NCBI GenBank assembly: GCA_963758525.1
Contig: CAVWVQ010000005.1
Coordinates: 1 to 64,000 of the forward strand
Source of the DNA: an uncultured Phycisphaerales bacterium
Lineage (GTDB): Bacteria; Planctomycetota; Phycisphaerae; Tepidisphaerales; Tepidisphaeraceae
DNA length: 64,000 nucleotides
Direction: 5' to 3'
Below the pieces are notes generated by a model, which saw nothing but the letters and a program-made list of their open reading frames with translations, was not told the DNA's origin and did not search any database. The position numbers were made by a program, and so were the translations under genes. Of the stretch, positions 40,744 to 50,677 are shown piece by piece (the first letter of the stretch is position 1; every line of letters begins with the position of its first letter).

Positions 40744-41922
40744 TCACCGCCGGCGCTTTGCGGCTGCCTTGGGAGGGGCCGTGGCCGATCTGCGCCAGCG
40801 GGTGGGGGTTTGGCCAGTGGCTTGCTTGAAGCGGCTGGTGAAATGGCTCTGATGGGCGAAGCCGCAATCGCTGGCAATATCGACCAGGTCCGTCTCCCCG
40901 CGCAGTAGTTCCGACTTGGCTTCGTCGATCTGGCAATCGAGCATGAACTGCTTGGGCGTCATTCCGAGCAATTCGGTGAATCGGCGGTGAAAATGAAAAG
41001 GGCTGAGGTCCGCGACCTTGGCGATGCTCGCCAGCGTCGGGCCCTTGCGATATTGCCTGGCCATGAACTTCAGCGAGGGGATCAACCGGGCGAGCTCCTC
41101 GTCGGCCTGAAAATCGGCGGGCTTCACGCTCGTCCATTCACTGCAATCCGGCTGCGGGCAGAAAAAGCTGACGGGGCCGTCTCCCAGGGCTGGATATCGC
41201 TTGTAGGTGACCACGCGGTAGGTCCAGACGTTGGAAGTCGCGTCGGGAAAATGCGCCCGGTCGGCAAGCATGCCGTGCGTGTTGAGATGAGCGCTGCGCC
41301 GTTTGGCGTGGTCGAGCATTTGCTCTTTGAGGTGCGAATCAAGAGCGCTCCATTTCTCGCCGCCAAAGCGCACGCGGAACTTCGCGTCAAAGATCATGAG
41401 TCCCGCGGATGGCTTCCCGCCGGCCTGCGCGGTTCCAAGACTCCGGGCGGTTTTGAGAGCGCTGCGGGCCGCAGCTGATTCGCATGCGCGGATGGCGGAG
41501 GCGGCCGCGTCAATCTGGGACGGCGTGAACGGGGCCTGAGATTTGGTTCGCAGCAGATGAAGGGAACCGGGATATCCGGACAAAATCGGCGCGGCCAGGG
41601 GAAGCGCAACGACATGCGCGAATCCGGCCGGGATCATGAATTGGCGGGAATACGCGCTCGCGAGAAACGATTCGCGGGGCCAGCAGTCGGCCGGCTGCGC
41701 GGGTTTCGACCGGAGGATCGATTGCCAGGACAGACGGTCCTCCGCATGAGCGCCTTGGGCATAGGACTTGAGCAGTCCGGCTGGCAAACGCGCGGGCTGT
41801 GCAACCTGCAGCCCGCCACGAGGCATGGCACTAAATACCACCCCCTGCTGAAACGGAACCAATTTCTTAATGTCTGCTAAAAGAGTCCGAGTTGAAATCC
41901 CGCCTGGAGATAAATTTGTCAC
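40744..41922 (-). CDS. AraC-family transcriptional regulator with long N-terminal sensor region
   Basis: LSPFHFHRRF and GFAHQSHFTSRFKQATGQTP double HTH. Confidence 0.88.
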   Translation of the reverse strand: MTNLSPGGISTRTLLADIKKLVPFQQGVVFSAMPRGGLQVAQPARLPAGLLKSYAQGAHAEDRLSWQSILRSKPAQPADCWPRESFLASAYSRQFMIPAGFAHVVALPLAAPILSGYPGSLHLLRTKSQAPFTPSQIDAAASAIRACESAAARSALKTARSLGTAQAGGKPSAGLMIFDAKFRVRFGGEKWSALDSHLKEQMLDHAKRRSAHLNTHGMLADRAHFPDATSNVWTYRVVTYKRYPALGDGPVSFFCPQPDCSEWTSVKPADFQADEELARLIPSLKFMARQYRKGPTLASIAKVADLSPFHFHRRFTELLGMTPKQFMLDCQIDEAKSELLRGETDLVDIASDCGFAHQSHFTSRFKQATGQTPTRWRRSATAPPKAAAKRRR

Positions 41923-42174
41923 TTTGGGAATCCCTGATCTTTACGTGCTTGCATACCCCTGCCCGCGTATTTATCAGAAGATATTCGCGTATTCCACCGG
42001 CATTTCACTGGGCAGCGGGTTTTTTTGAAATTTCGACCGAGGCCGGGTCAGGGTGTCGTGGCGTTGGGCGAGGCTCCGTGGCGTTTAGGCAACATCCGGT
42101 ACAACCTGCCGGCGACGAATCGCACCGCATGCACTGGTACGAGTGTTGAACCTCCCGCCAGCGGAGGCCTTGCG

Positions 42175-42261
42175 ATGCAGTTTCTCAACAATCCGAGCTT
42201 CTGGAGACCCAAATTCCGAATGGCCCTGCTGGCGCTGGCGAGCTTTATGGCGATGTGCTGA
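42175..42261 (+). CDS. Candidate 28-aa small hydrophobic protein
   Basis: GGAGG 7 nt before ATG; MQFLNNPSFWRPKFRMALLALASFMAMC*. Confidence 0.35.
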   Translation: MQFLNNPSFWRPKFRMALLALASFMAMC

Positions 42262-42351
42262 ACTGATCTGGCAGGATCACGCACCTTCCCAAAATCCTTA
42301 GCGGCTGCTCCCAAGGGCGACACGCACGCTGCCGCGAGCGTACGCGCAACG

Positions 42352-42888
42352 TCATTCAGGCGACGGCGGAGCGGCTTTGGCCGCTTCCACCTCCGCCGCG
42401 GCCTCCGGACTGAGCCCAAAGATGTGAAATTGGTGGGACAACGGCGAGAAGCCATGCTCCAGGCAGATTTCGTCGCGCAGCCGGCGAAGCTTCTCACTGC
42501 TGAATTCAATCACTTTTCCGGTGCTGACGCAGATCAGATGGTCGGACGTCTGCCGGCCCGCGATCACCTCGAAATACGACTGCTTGTTGTCGAAAAAGAT
42601 CTGTCGCAGCACGCCGGCGTCCTGCAGATGGCTCAGTGTGCGGTAGATCGTGGCCCGACTGACGCGATGGCCCAACTCCTTCAGGTCCGAAATCAGGATC
42701 TCCGCCTCGAACAACCCCTTATGGCGAAGAACCGCGTCCAGAATCATCGCCCGCTCGGGGGTGAACTTCAGCTTCTCGCCATGCAGGTAACGACGAAAAA
42801 TCGCGCAGACCGGCTCGTAGGGCAGGATCTGCCTAGGCTTCCCGCTGACGCGGGGAAGATTGTGCAATACCGGGGAAACCGTTGCCAT
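42352..42888 (-). CDS. Fur-family transcriptional regulator
   Basis: FTPER, SRATIYRTL, HLIC...GKVIEF. Confidence 0.9.
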   Translation of the reverse strand: MATVSPVLHNLPRVSGKPRQILPYEPVCAIFRRYLHGEKLKFTPERAMILDAVLRHKGLFEAEILISDLKELGHRVSRATIYRTLSHLQDAGVLRQIFFDNKQSYFEVIAGRQTSDHLICVSTGKVIEFSSEKLRRLRDEICLEHGFSPLSHQFHIFGLSPEAAAEVEAAKAAPPSPE

Positions 42889-43032
42889 CCATTGAGAAGT
42901 GTAGACCCGAGCCAGCCCAGCGGCAATTGATAAGCCTCGCGAATGCGAAGCAGTTCATCTGATCTCCACACATGATACGATCGGGCGCCGCTCGCGGCTT
43001 CGCAGCGGTGATTCTCAGCTCGACGATTTTTC

Positions 43033-44537
43033 ATGGAATTCCCGCTCGGCAAGCCCATTCTCGCGATGCTCTGTGCGTCGCTGTTCAGCGGCGCCGCGCT
43101 GCTTTGCATCGGGCGCACACCTTCAAGTGACCTGACGCTCTGGGTCTTCGCCGATTCGCACGCGCGCACGTATCGGAGCGTGAAGGATCGCTTCGAGCAG
43201 GAGACCGCCAAGTCCGTCGCCGTCGACGATGTGGGCGATTCGATCAACATCCGCCTTGCGTCCCTGTTCATGGCCGGGCGCACCGGACCGGCGCTTCCGG
43301 ACGCCGCGGAGATTGAAATCGGCAACATCGGGCGGTTTTTCCGGCCGCCGGTGTCGGACATCGGGTTCGTGCCGCTCAACCATTACCTTGAAACATCGGG
43401 GATCCGAGTCATCCGCACTCCCGCCGATCCGGGCCAATCCGGCTGGAACGCCCGATGCACTTCTGACGGAAAAATCTACACGTTCGATGCCGGGCACTGG
43501 CAGCCCAATCCCACCCGCGCCCGCCCGGACGCATGGATCGACCGGATCATTCCCGCGCGCTTCGCGCCCTGGTCCAAGGATGGCGTAATCTTCGGTGTGC
43601 CGCATGACGTGCACCCCGTGAGCCTTACGTATCGCGAAGACCTGTTTCGCGAGGCCGGCATCGATCTTTCGACGGCGAAGACCTGGACACAATTCCAGAG
43701 CGACTGTGAGGCGTTCCAGAATTTTTGGCGCGCTCATGGCGTTGCCCGCCGCCATGCCCTCGAGCTGTCAGCGTCTGCTTCCGATGACCTGGTCATCATG
43801 CTTCTGCAGCGCCATCTGAATGTCGTCGACGACCGCGGGCAGATCCATCTTGCCGACGAGAAGGTCGTGAAGACGATCGCGTTTTATGCCCAGTTGATCG
43901 CGGGGCCGCACAGCATCGGGGCTCAGACTGACGCAAACACGGGCATCTGGATCAGCGAGTTGGAGCGGGGTGATATCGGTGTCTTCTGGACCCCAGACTG
44001 GCGCGTCGAACTGATGCGACGTTACGGGCATGGCGATGCGTTGCGTGGGAAACTTCGCATGATGGCGTTGCCGCGATTCGATTCGGAAGACGCGCCGACC
44101 AGCACCTGGGGCGGCACGATGATCGGCATCCCGCGCGGTGCAGGGACCCGGACGCGTCATGGAAATTGATCGAGTTTCTCTACTTCAGCGACGCGGGATT
44201 TGAAGCCCGCCAAACAGAGGGACAGATCATCTCCCCCATCATGGAACGGTGGAGCGGTCCAGCCTGCCAGGAGCCCGATCCGCTTTTCGGCGGGCAGAAG
44301 GTGCGTGGTCTGTACGTTGATCTGGCCCGGCAGATTCCCCTGCGATATGTAACGCCAATGACCACCGTCGCGCAAATCACGCTGTCGATCGTCTTGGGCT
44401 ACGCGATCGACCATGTCCGCCATCACGGGACCGATGGTCTGGAAAACGCGTGCCGGCGTTGGCTGAACCTCGCGGCGGCAGATGTGCAGCGCCGCGTCGA
44501 GCATGCCAGCTTCCAAAAAGAGGAAACGTCGCCATGA
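43033..44537 (+). CDS. Sugar ABC transporter substrate-binding protein; indel near 44155
   Basis: GVPHDVHPV..YREDLF.EAGID, STWGGT; upstream of two permeases. Confidence 0.8.
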
Positions 44538-45469
44538 GCCAAATGCCGGCGTTCTCTTCCCGACCCGCGACAAGACAGTTGAAGCTCTGGAGCGTCCAGC
44601 GGCGAGCCGCGCCCTATCTGTTTCTCCTGCCGTTCCTGATTCTCTTCTTCGGATTCATCCTCTATCCGCTTGGCAACAGCGTTGTGCTGAGTTTCGAAAA
44701 GACTGCCGGACCGCGCCTGACGCGCTTCGCCGGATTGACGCACTATCGCTTTCTCCTTCACGACTGGCTCTTCTGGATCGCGGTGCTCAATACCGTCGGC
44801 TTTGCAATCGCCTTTCTTTGCCTGCAGATCCCCATGTCGCTGGCGTTGGCCATCGTGCTCAACAGCCGTCTCGTGCGCTGCCGGAATTTCTTCCGCTTCG
44901 CGTTCTTTTCCTCGAACCTCGTCGGCCAGGCGTTCGCGGCCGTGCTGTTCACACTGCTGCTCGTGCCGCGCCAAGGGCTCGTGAACCGCGCGCTCGGAAC
45001 GTTCTGGCCGGCGCTGCTTGAAATCGACTGGAAAGGCGATCCCCGCTTCGCGCGCGCCGCGATCCTGCTGGCCGCCCTCTGGCTGTCCGTCGGTTATGGA
45101 ATGATCTATTTCCTCGCGGCGCTCCAGGCGGTCGACCAGGAGCTCTACGACGCGGCCCATGCCGACGGCGCCGGCTGGTGGTCGCGATTCTGGCACGTGA
45201 CGCTCCCGCAGATTCGTCCGGTCACGCTCTTCCTTATTCTCGTCGGCACCATCGCGTCGCTCTCCCTCTTCGAGCTTCCCTACGTCTTCTTCCAGGGATC
45301 AGGCCCCGGTTTTGCCGGGCTGACGATCGTGCAATATCTCTTCACCCAGGGGTTTGGCGCGGGTGATCTGGGCTACGCGTCGGCGGTCGCGTGGGCGCTG
45401 GTCGCGCTCATCGGCTCGGTCGCGCTCCTTCAAATGAAAATCGCCGGTTTGCGCGGAGAACGCGCGTGA
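44534..45469 (+). CDS. Sugar ABC transporter permease
   Basis: YLFLLP, EAA-like loop LYDAAHADGA, HVTLP. Confidence 0.92.
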   Translation: MSQMPAFSSRPATRQLKLWSVQRRAAPYLFLLPFLILFFGFILYPLGNSVVLSFEKTAGPRLTRFAGLTHYRFLLHDWLFWIAVLNTVGFAIAFLCLQIPMSLALAIVLNSRLVRCRNFFRFAFFSSNLVGQAFAAVLFTLLLVPRQGLVNRALGTFWPALLEIDWKGDPRFARAAILLAALWLSVGYGMIYFLAALQAVDQELYDAAHADGAGWWSRFWHVTLPQIRPVTLFLILVGTIASLSLFELPYVFFQGSGPGFAGLTIVQYLFTQGFGAGDLGYASAVAWALVALIGSVALLQMKIAGLRGERA

Positions 45470-46320
45470 GGGAACCAATGTTCAGCCCTGGTCGCGTGGT
45501 GCGCTCGCTGCTGCTCCACATGCTGCTCCTCGCCGCCGCGGGTGTCGCGCTGGGACCTTTCCTCTGGATGTGCTGCGCCGCTTTCAAACGTCCGCAAGAC
45601 GTCTTCGGTTCGTTGTTCCTCCCGCCGCACCCGCTGCACAATCTCACGGGAACCAACTTCGCCATTTTGTTTGGCACCACCCCATTCGCCCGCTGGCTGC
45701 TCAACAGCGTCTTCGTCGCGTCGACGCAAACCGTCCTGGTCGTGACATTCAGCAGTCTCGGCGGATTTGCCCTGGCGAAATACCGCTTCGCCGGCAAAAG
45801 ACTGCTGACGGGAGTGATGCTGCTCACGCTCGTGCTCCCCGCGCTGGCATTGCTCCCAGGCGGCTACCTGCTGATGTACGATCTTGGATGGATCAACTCA
45901 TACGCCGCCATCATTGTGCCGGGGTCCGTCAGCGTTCTGGGAATTTTTCTGTTCCGCCAGGCGATGCAGGCGGTTTCCGACGAACTGGTCCACGCGGCAA
46001 GAATGGACGGATGCAGCGAGCTGCGCATCTGGTGGCAGATCGCTCTGCCGATCGTGCGGCCGATGGTTGGCGCATATACGCTGCTCAGCTTCCTCGGCGC
46101 ATGGAACAGCTATCTCTGGCCCCAGATCGTCCTGCAGGATGAGTCGAAATTCACCGTTCCCATCGGTCTGGCGGGAATGCTTTCGCTGCCGGAGTATCAG
46201 ACGCAATACGGCGTCCTGATGGCCGGTACTCTGCTAGGCGTCCTGCCGGTGATGCTTCTCTTTTTTGTGTTGCAGAAGGATTTTGTTTCGGGATTGGCCA
46301 GCGGTGCGATCAAGGGGTAA
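45466..46320 (+). CDS. Carbohydrate ABC transporter permease
   Basis: NSVFVA, AARMDGC, WNSYLWP, GAIKG terminus. Confidence 0.92.
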   Translation: MREPMFSPGRVVRSLLLHMLLLAAAGVALGPFLWMCCAAFKRPQDVFGSLFLPPHPLHNLTGTNFAILFGTTPFARWLLNSVFVASTQTVLVVTFSSLGGFALAKYRFAGKRLLTGVMLLTLVLPALALLPGGYLLMYDLGWINSYAAIIVPGSVSVLGIFLFRQAMQAVSDELVHAARMDGCSELRIWWQIALPIVRPMVGAYTLLSFLGAWNSYLWPQIVLQDESKFTVPIGLAGMLSLPEYQTQYGVLMAGTLLGVLPVMLLFFVLQKDFVSGLASGAIKG

Positions 46321-46370
46321 TTGATTCTGCACAATCCATATGTGTAGCATTGGGGAAGTGGAGGTCTTTG

Positions 46371-46591
46371 GTGCCCACGAACTTGGCGCTGGACGACCGC
46401 CTCATCAACAACGCGGTCAAATTGGGGCGGCCATAAGACCGCGCGCGCCGCGGTCACCGCGGCGCTAGGAATACATCAAATCCAAACAGCGGCTCGGCAT
46501 TCTCGATCTCTTCGGCAAGATTGATTTCGATCCGGCCTGGGATCACAAGGCGGCGCGAAGGCGCGGGAACAAGCGCGTTCCCAGGAAATGA
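46371..46591 (+). pseudogene. vapB: VapB-type antitoxin with two frameshifts
   Basis: GGAGG RBS; MPTNLALDDRLI..HKT..AVTAAL..EYI..ILDLFGKIDFDP requires shifts near 46430 and 46468. Confidence 0.7.
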
Positions 46592-46818
46592 GCCGCAAGC
46601 AACTGCGTGCCCTGGACGACCTGGCGCCCGATACCGACGATTATGAGCGGGCCGCTGAATTTGCCAACGAATGCGTGCGCCACGGCGTCGCCGCCACAAC
46701 GATCGACATGCTGATCTGCGCAGTGGGCGCCGGACGCGGCGTGCCGATCCTGACAACCGACGATGATTTTGCGCGGTACGCGCAGTGGGTGCCAATCCAG
46801 TTGCACCCGATGACTTGA
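46588..46818 (+). pseudogene. vapC: Internally deleted PIN/VapC toxin
   Basis: Only the C-terminal half (IDMLICA, ILTTDDDF); N-terminal D-T-S strand missing. Confidence 0.7.
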
Positions 46819-46892
46819 TATTTGGCGCCATGGCGTACCAGGTGCCATAATTCCGCTCGTTGTCACAGCCTTTGCGCTGGGACGATACCGTC

Positions 46893-47158
46893 ATGAGCAA
46901 GTCATACTTGGAAGTCACATACAGGAGGGAAAACCGTTCGCGGCGTATCTGTATCTTGACCGTCGCGCCGGCGACAAGGCCGCACGCACGGAACGTCATT
47001 GGGACATGCTCATTGATGTTTCGTCCGACGGTCGAACCATCGGCGTGGAATTCACTCGTGTCGGGTTGGTGGATTTGTCAAAGTTGAATGATGTTTTGCG
47101 GGAATTGCATCAGCCGGTCCTGGACGCGAGCGATCTTGCACCGCTAGCGCTGGCGTAA
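46893..47158 (+). CDS. DUF2283-like protein; indel near 46928
   Basis: YLEVTYRRGKPFAAYLYL...LIDVSSDGRTIGVEF after a one-base shift. Confidence 0.7.
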
Positions 47159-47281
47159 TCAGAATTTGGCCAATGCTTCGGCGGCCGGATGTGGGATATC
47201 TTCGGCTCGGCCCGCACGTGCTCGACGTGCGTCTCAGCATCCGAGAACTGTTCCGGTCTTAGCAGCCAAAGCCGCCCACGG

Positions 47282-48766
47282 TCAGTTCGGTGCTGCCAGC
47301 GCGCAGGTTTTGGCGCGGCCAAACAGCGTCAGATTCCGCGCTGCGGTGATCTCGACTTCGGCGAATTCGCCGATCAACGATTCGTCGCCGTGAAACGCGA
47401 CAATCTGATCACCCCGCGTGCGTCCCATGAGTTGCACCATGCCCGCGGTCTTCGCGGCCGATCGGTGCTCCCACCCCAGTTCCACGCCTCCCGCGGATGG
47501 ATAAGCCGGCGCCGTTGCTAATTTGCTCTGACCCTCGACCATCAGCTCGACGGTCTTGCCGATCATCTCGCGATTGTTCTCGACCGCGACGTTCTGCTGC
47601 ACTGCCAGCAGGTCATTATTTCGTCGTCGCTTCACGTCCTCGGGCACATCGTCGGCGAATCGATCGATCGCCGTCGTACCCGGGCGCGGCGAATACTTGA
47701 AAATGAATGAATTCTTAAACCGGCAATACCGCAACAAGTCGGCGCTGGCGGCGAAGTCCGCTTCCGTCTCCGTCGGAAAACCAACGATGAAATCGCTGGC
47801 GATGCAAATATCCGGCATCATCGCGCGGGCGCGGTCGATGAAATCGCGGTATTGCCCGGCGGTGTACCCGCGGTTCATCATTTTCAAAATCCGGTCGCTG
47901 CCGCTCTGCACGGGCACATGCAGATATCGGCAGATGCGCGGGCAGTCGCGCATGGCCGCCAGCGCCTCGTCGGTGAAATCGCGCGGAAAGCTGGTCACGA
48001 AACGCAGCCGGGGGAGATCGGGAACCGACTCGTGAATCTGATGGAGCAGCTCTGCAAAGCTCGTCGTCCGCCCGTCGCCGTGACGAAACGCGTAATGATT
48101 CACCGTCTGCCCGAGCAGCGTCACCTCCCGCGCCCCGCCGGCGGTCAGCTTCCGGACTTCCTCAATGATATTGCCCGGCGGACGATGCACCTCCGGGCCG
48201 CGCGTGTATGGCACAACGCAGTACGTGCAAAACTTGTTGCAACCCCGCGTGATCCGCACGTACGCCTGTGACGGGCCGTCTCCGGGGGAGATGCTGCGCG
48301 AGAGATCGAGCATTTCCAGGTGATCTTCCGCCGCCTCAAGCGTGCTCGATCGTCGCGAGGCGGCTCCCATCAGCGCGACCTGCCGCGGGCGCTTTCGTCC
48401 GTCGGTCGTGATCGCGGCATTGTGAACGAGCGTCGTGAGCCGATCCAGTTCGCCGGGCCCGCAGAGAATGTCGATATGCGGATGTCGTTGAAAGATCGTT
48501 GCCCCGTCGCGCTCGGCCATGCATCCGATCACGCCGATGATCAATCCCGGATCATCGCGCTTGCGATCGCGCAATTGGCCGAGCCGCGACCAGACTTTCT
48601 GCTCGGCATGCTCGCGCACCGAGCAGGTGTTGTAGAGAATGACGTCCGCTTCATCCCGGCTCGCGACCGACTCATACCCATGCGCGCGCAATTGCCCCAG
48701 CACCAGCTCGCTGTCGAGCACGTTCATCTGGCAGCCGAAGGTTTCGAGATAGAGCTTTCGCCGCAT
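47282..48766 (-). CDS. miaB: tRNA-2-methylthio-N6-dimethylallyladenosine synthase
   Basis: TFGCQMN, NTCSVRE, GCNKFCTYC, TRAM domain. Confidence 0.96.
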   Translation of the reverse strand: MRRKLYLETFGCQMNVLDSELVLGQLRAHGYESVASRDEADVILYNTCSVREHAEQKVWSRLGQLRDRKRDDPGLIIGVIGCMAERDGATIFQRHPHIDILCGPGELDRLTTLVHNAAITTDGRKRPRQVALMGAASRRSSTLEAAEDHLEMLDLSRSISPGDGPSQAYVRITRGCNKFCTYCVVPYTRGPEVHRPPGNIIEEVRKLTAGGAREVTLLGQTVNHYAFRHGDGRTTSFAELLHQIHESVPDLPRLRFVTSFPRDFTDEALAAMRDCPRICRYLHVPVQSGSDRILKMMNRGYTAGQYRDFIDRARAMMPDICIASDFIVGFPTETEADFAASADLLRYCRFKNSFIFKYSPRPGTTAIDRFADDVPEDVKRRRNNDLLAVQQNVAVENNREMIGKTVELMVEGQSKLATAPAYPSAGGVELGWEHRSAAKTAGMVQLMGRTRGDQIVAFHGDESLIGEFAEVEITAARNLTLFGRAKTCALAAPN

Positions 48767-48772
48767 GAGCGC

Positions 48773-48961
48773 TCAGTCTTTCTCGGTTCGCAATTCGTCG
48801 AACTCGTGCTGGAGGCGCTGCTTGAAAATATCGGCAGCCTCAATCAGCAGCTCCATCGTCACCTCCCGATCAGTCGCGCGCTCCTGCAGCGGAAATGTGG
48901 CCCGCAACAGGGCGATCACATATTGCTCACGAAGCTGCTGCTGTTCGGCGGATCGTTCCAT
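48773..48961 (-). CDS. Small helical hypothetical protein (62 aa)
   Basis: GAGGAG RBS; ends 6 nt before the miaB start. Confidence 0.6.
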   Translation of the reverse strand: MERSAEQQQLREQYVIALLRATFPLQERATDREVTMELLIEAADIFKQRLQHEFDELRTEKD

Positions 48962-49005
48962 CGGAAAAACTCCTCGCAATCGCGCCTGATGATAGCCGAA
49001 ACGAT

Positions 49006-50485
49006 CTACGCGATCAGCCCCGGAACGATGCTCGCCAGCTCGACGCCGCTGAGGCGCTGGTCGAGGCCCTGGTATCGGTAGGTGAATGTCTCGTGGTCGA
49101 TGCCCATCAGTCGCAGAACGGTGGCGTGGAAATCGTGGACGGTGACGGGGTCTGACACGATGTTGTAGGAGAAATCGTCGGTTTCGCCGTAGATCGTGCC
49201 GGGGCGGGAGCCGCCGCCGGCCATCCACATGGTGTAGCAGCGGGGGTGATGGTCGCGGCCGTAGTTGGCGTGGGAGAGGCCTCCCTGGGAATAGATGGTG
49301 CGGCCGAATTCCCCGCCCCAGATGACCAGCGTGTCTTCGAGCATGCCGCGCTGCTTGAGATCCTGGATCAGCGCGTAGGAGGCCTGATCGATGTCCTTGC
49401 ATTGCGACGGCAGGCGGCCCGTGACGTTGGCGTGAGTGTCCCAATTATTGTGATAAACCTGCACGAAGCGGACGCCGCGTTCGACGAGCCGGCGGGCGAG
49501 CAGGGCGGTGGCGGCGAAGGTGCCGGGCTTGCGCGCCTCCTCGCCGTACAACTCGAAGGTGGATTCGGGCTCGCTATGGATGTCGATCAGCTCGGGAACG
49601 CTGGCCTGCATGCGGAAGGCCAGCTCGTATTGCTCGATACGGGTGTGGGTTTCGGGATCACCGACCAGCTTGTAGTTCATCTCATTGAGCTGCCGCAGGG
49701 CGTCGAGTCCGCGGCGGCGCACGTCGGTGGAGACGCCGGGCGGGTTGTTGATGTAGAGGATCGGATCGCCGGCGCTGCGCAGCGACACGCCGGCGTGGAC
49801 GCCGGAGAGGAACCCGCTGCTCCAGAGCTTGGAGGAGATTGCCTGCATCTGCTCGGTGTTGGTTGGTTTTGCGACGAGCACCACGAATGTCGGCAGGCTG
49901 TTATTCATCGAGCCCAGGCCGTAGGAAGCCCAGCTTCCCAGGCACGGCTTGCCGGAGATCTGGTTGCCGGTCTGCTGAAACGTGATGCCGGGCTCGTGGT
50001 TGATGGCGTCGGTGTTCATCGTGCGGATGAAGCAGAGATCATCCACCATCTTCGCGGTCCAGGGGAGCAGTTCGGTGACCCACATGCCGTTTTTGCCGTG
50101 CTGCGCGAACTTGAACTTGGAGGGCGCGACCGGGAACCGGGCCTGCCCGGAGGTCATCCCGGTGAGGCGCTGGCCGTTGCGAATCGACGCGGGGAGGTCC
50201 TTGTCGTACCAGTCGTTCATCTTCGGCTTGTAGTCGTACATGTCCATCTGCGGCGGTCCGCCGACCATATGCAGATAGATCACGCGCTTGGCGCGGGCGG
50301 CGAAGCGCGACTCCCGCGGGAAGGTGCATCGGAATTGCAGAGAGACTTGCGGGCGGGTTTGCCATGGATCCCAGCGCGGAGCGTCCGCCGAGCATGGCCA
50401 GCGCCGCCATCCCCAGCACATCTTTTCCGCGGCCGAGGAACCGCCGGCGGGTTTCATAAAGGGCGTATTCTTGCATCGGATTCAT
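49006..50485 (-). CDS. DUF1501 (sulfatase-like) protein with Tat signal; indels near the N-terminus
   Basis: TRRRFL, KRVIYLHM.GGP.QMD..DYKP, WDTH, GEFGRT, GRDHH. Confidence 0.9.
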
Positions 50486-50504
50486 CGGAACACCTGCGTA
50501 TTAA

Positions 50505-50665
50505 TTTCGAATGTCAAAGCTCGAATCCTCGAATCAAACTCAAATTACGAAGCTCCGAATGTCGAAACAAAGCTTTCGGCTTCTTACTGCTGACTCCTGG
50601 ACTCTCATCCCCTTCCTCACCCTTCGTGCCTCCGTGCCTCCGTGCCTCCGTGCCTTCGTGCCTGC
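50505..50665. repeat. Degenerate CGAAT-periodic tract plus (CGTGCCTY)n octamer array
   Basis: Repeated CGAAT units 50508-50565; CGTGCCTC x3, CGTGCCTT, CGTGCCTG at 50625-50664. Confidence 0.65.
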
Positions 50666-50677
50666 CCTCGCGCCCGT

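Noticed and set aside
47160..47280. Short palindrome and minus-strand ORF downstream of miaB
   Set aside because: Single copy in the window; no supportable assignment.
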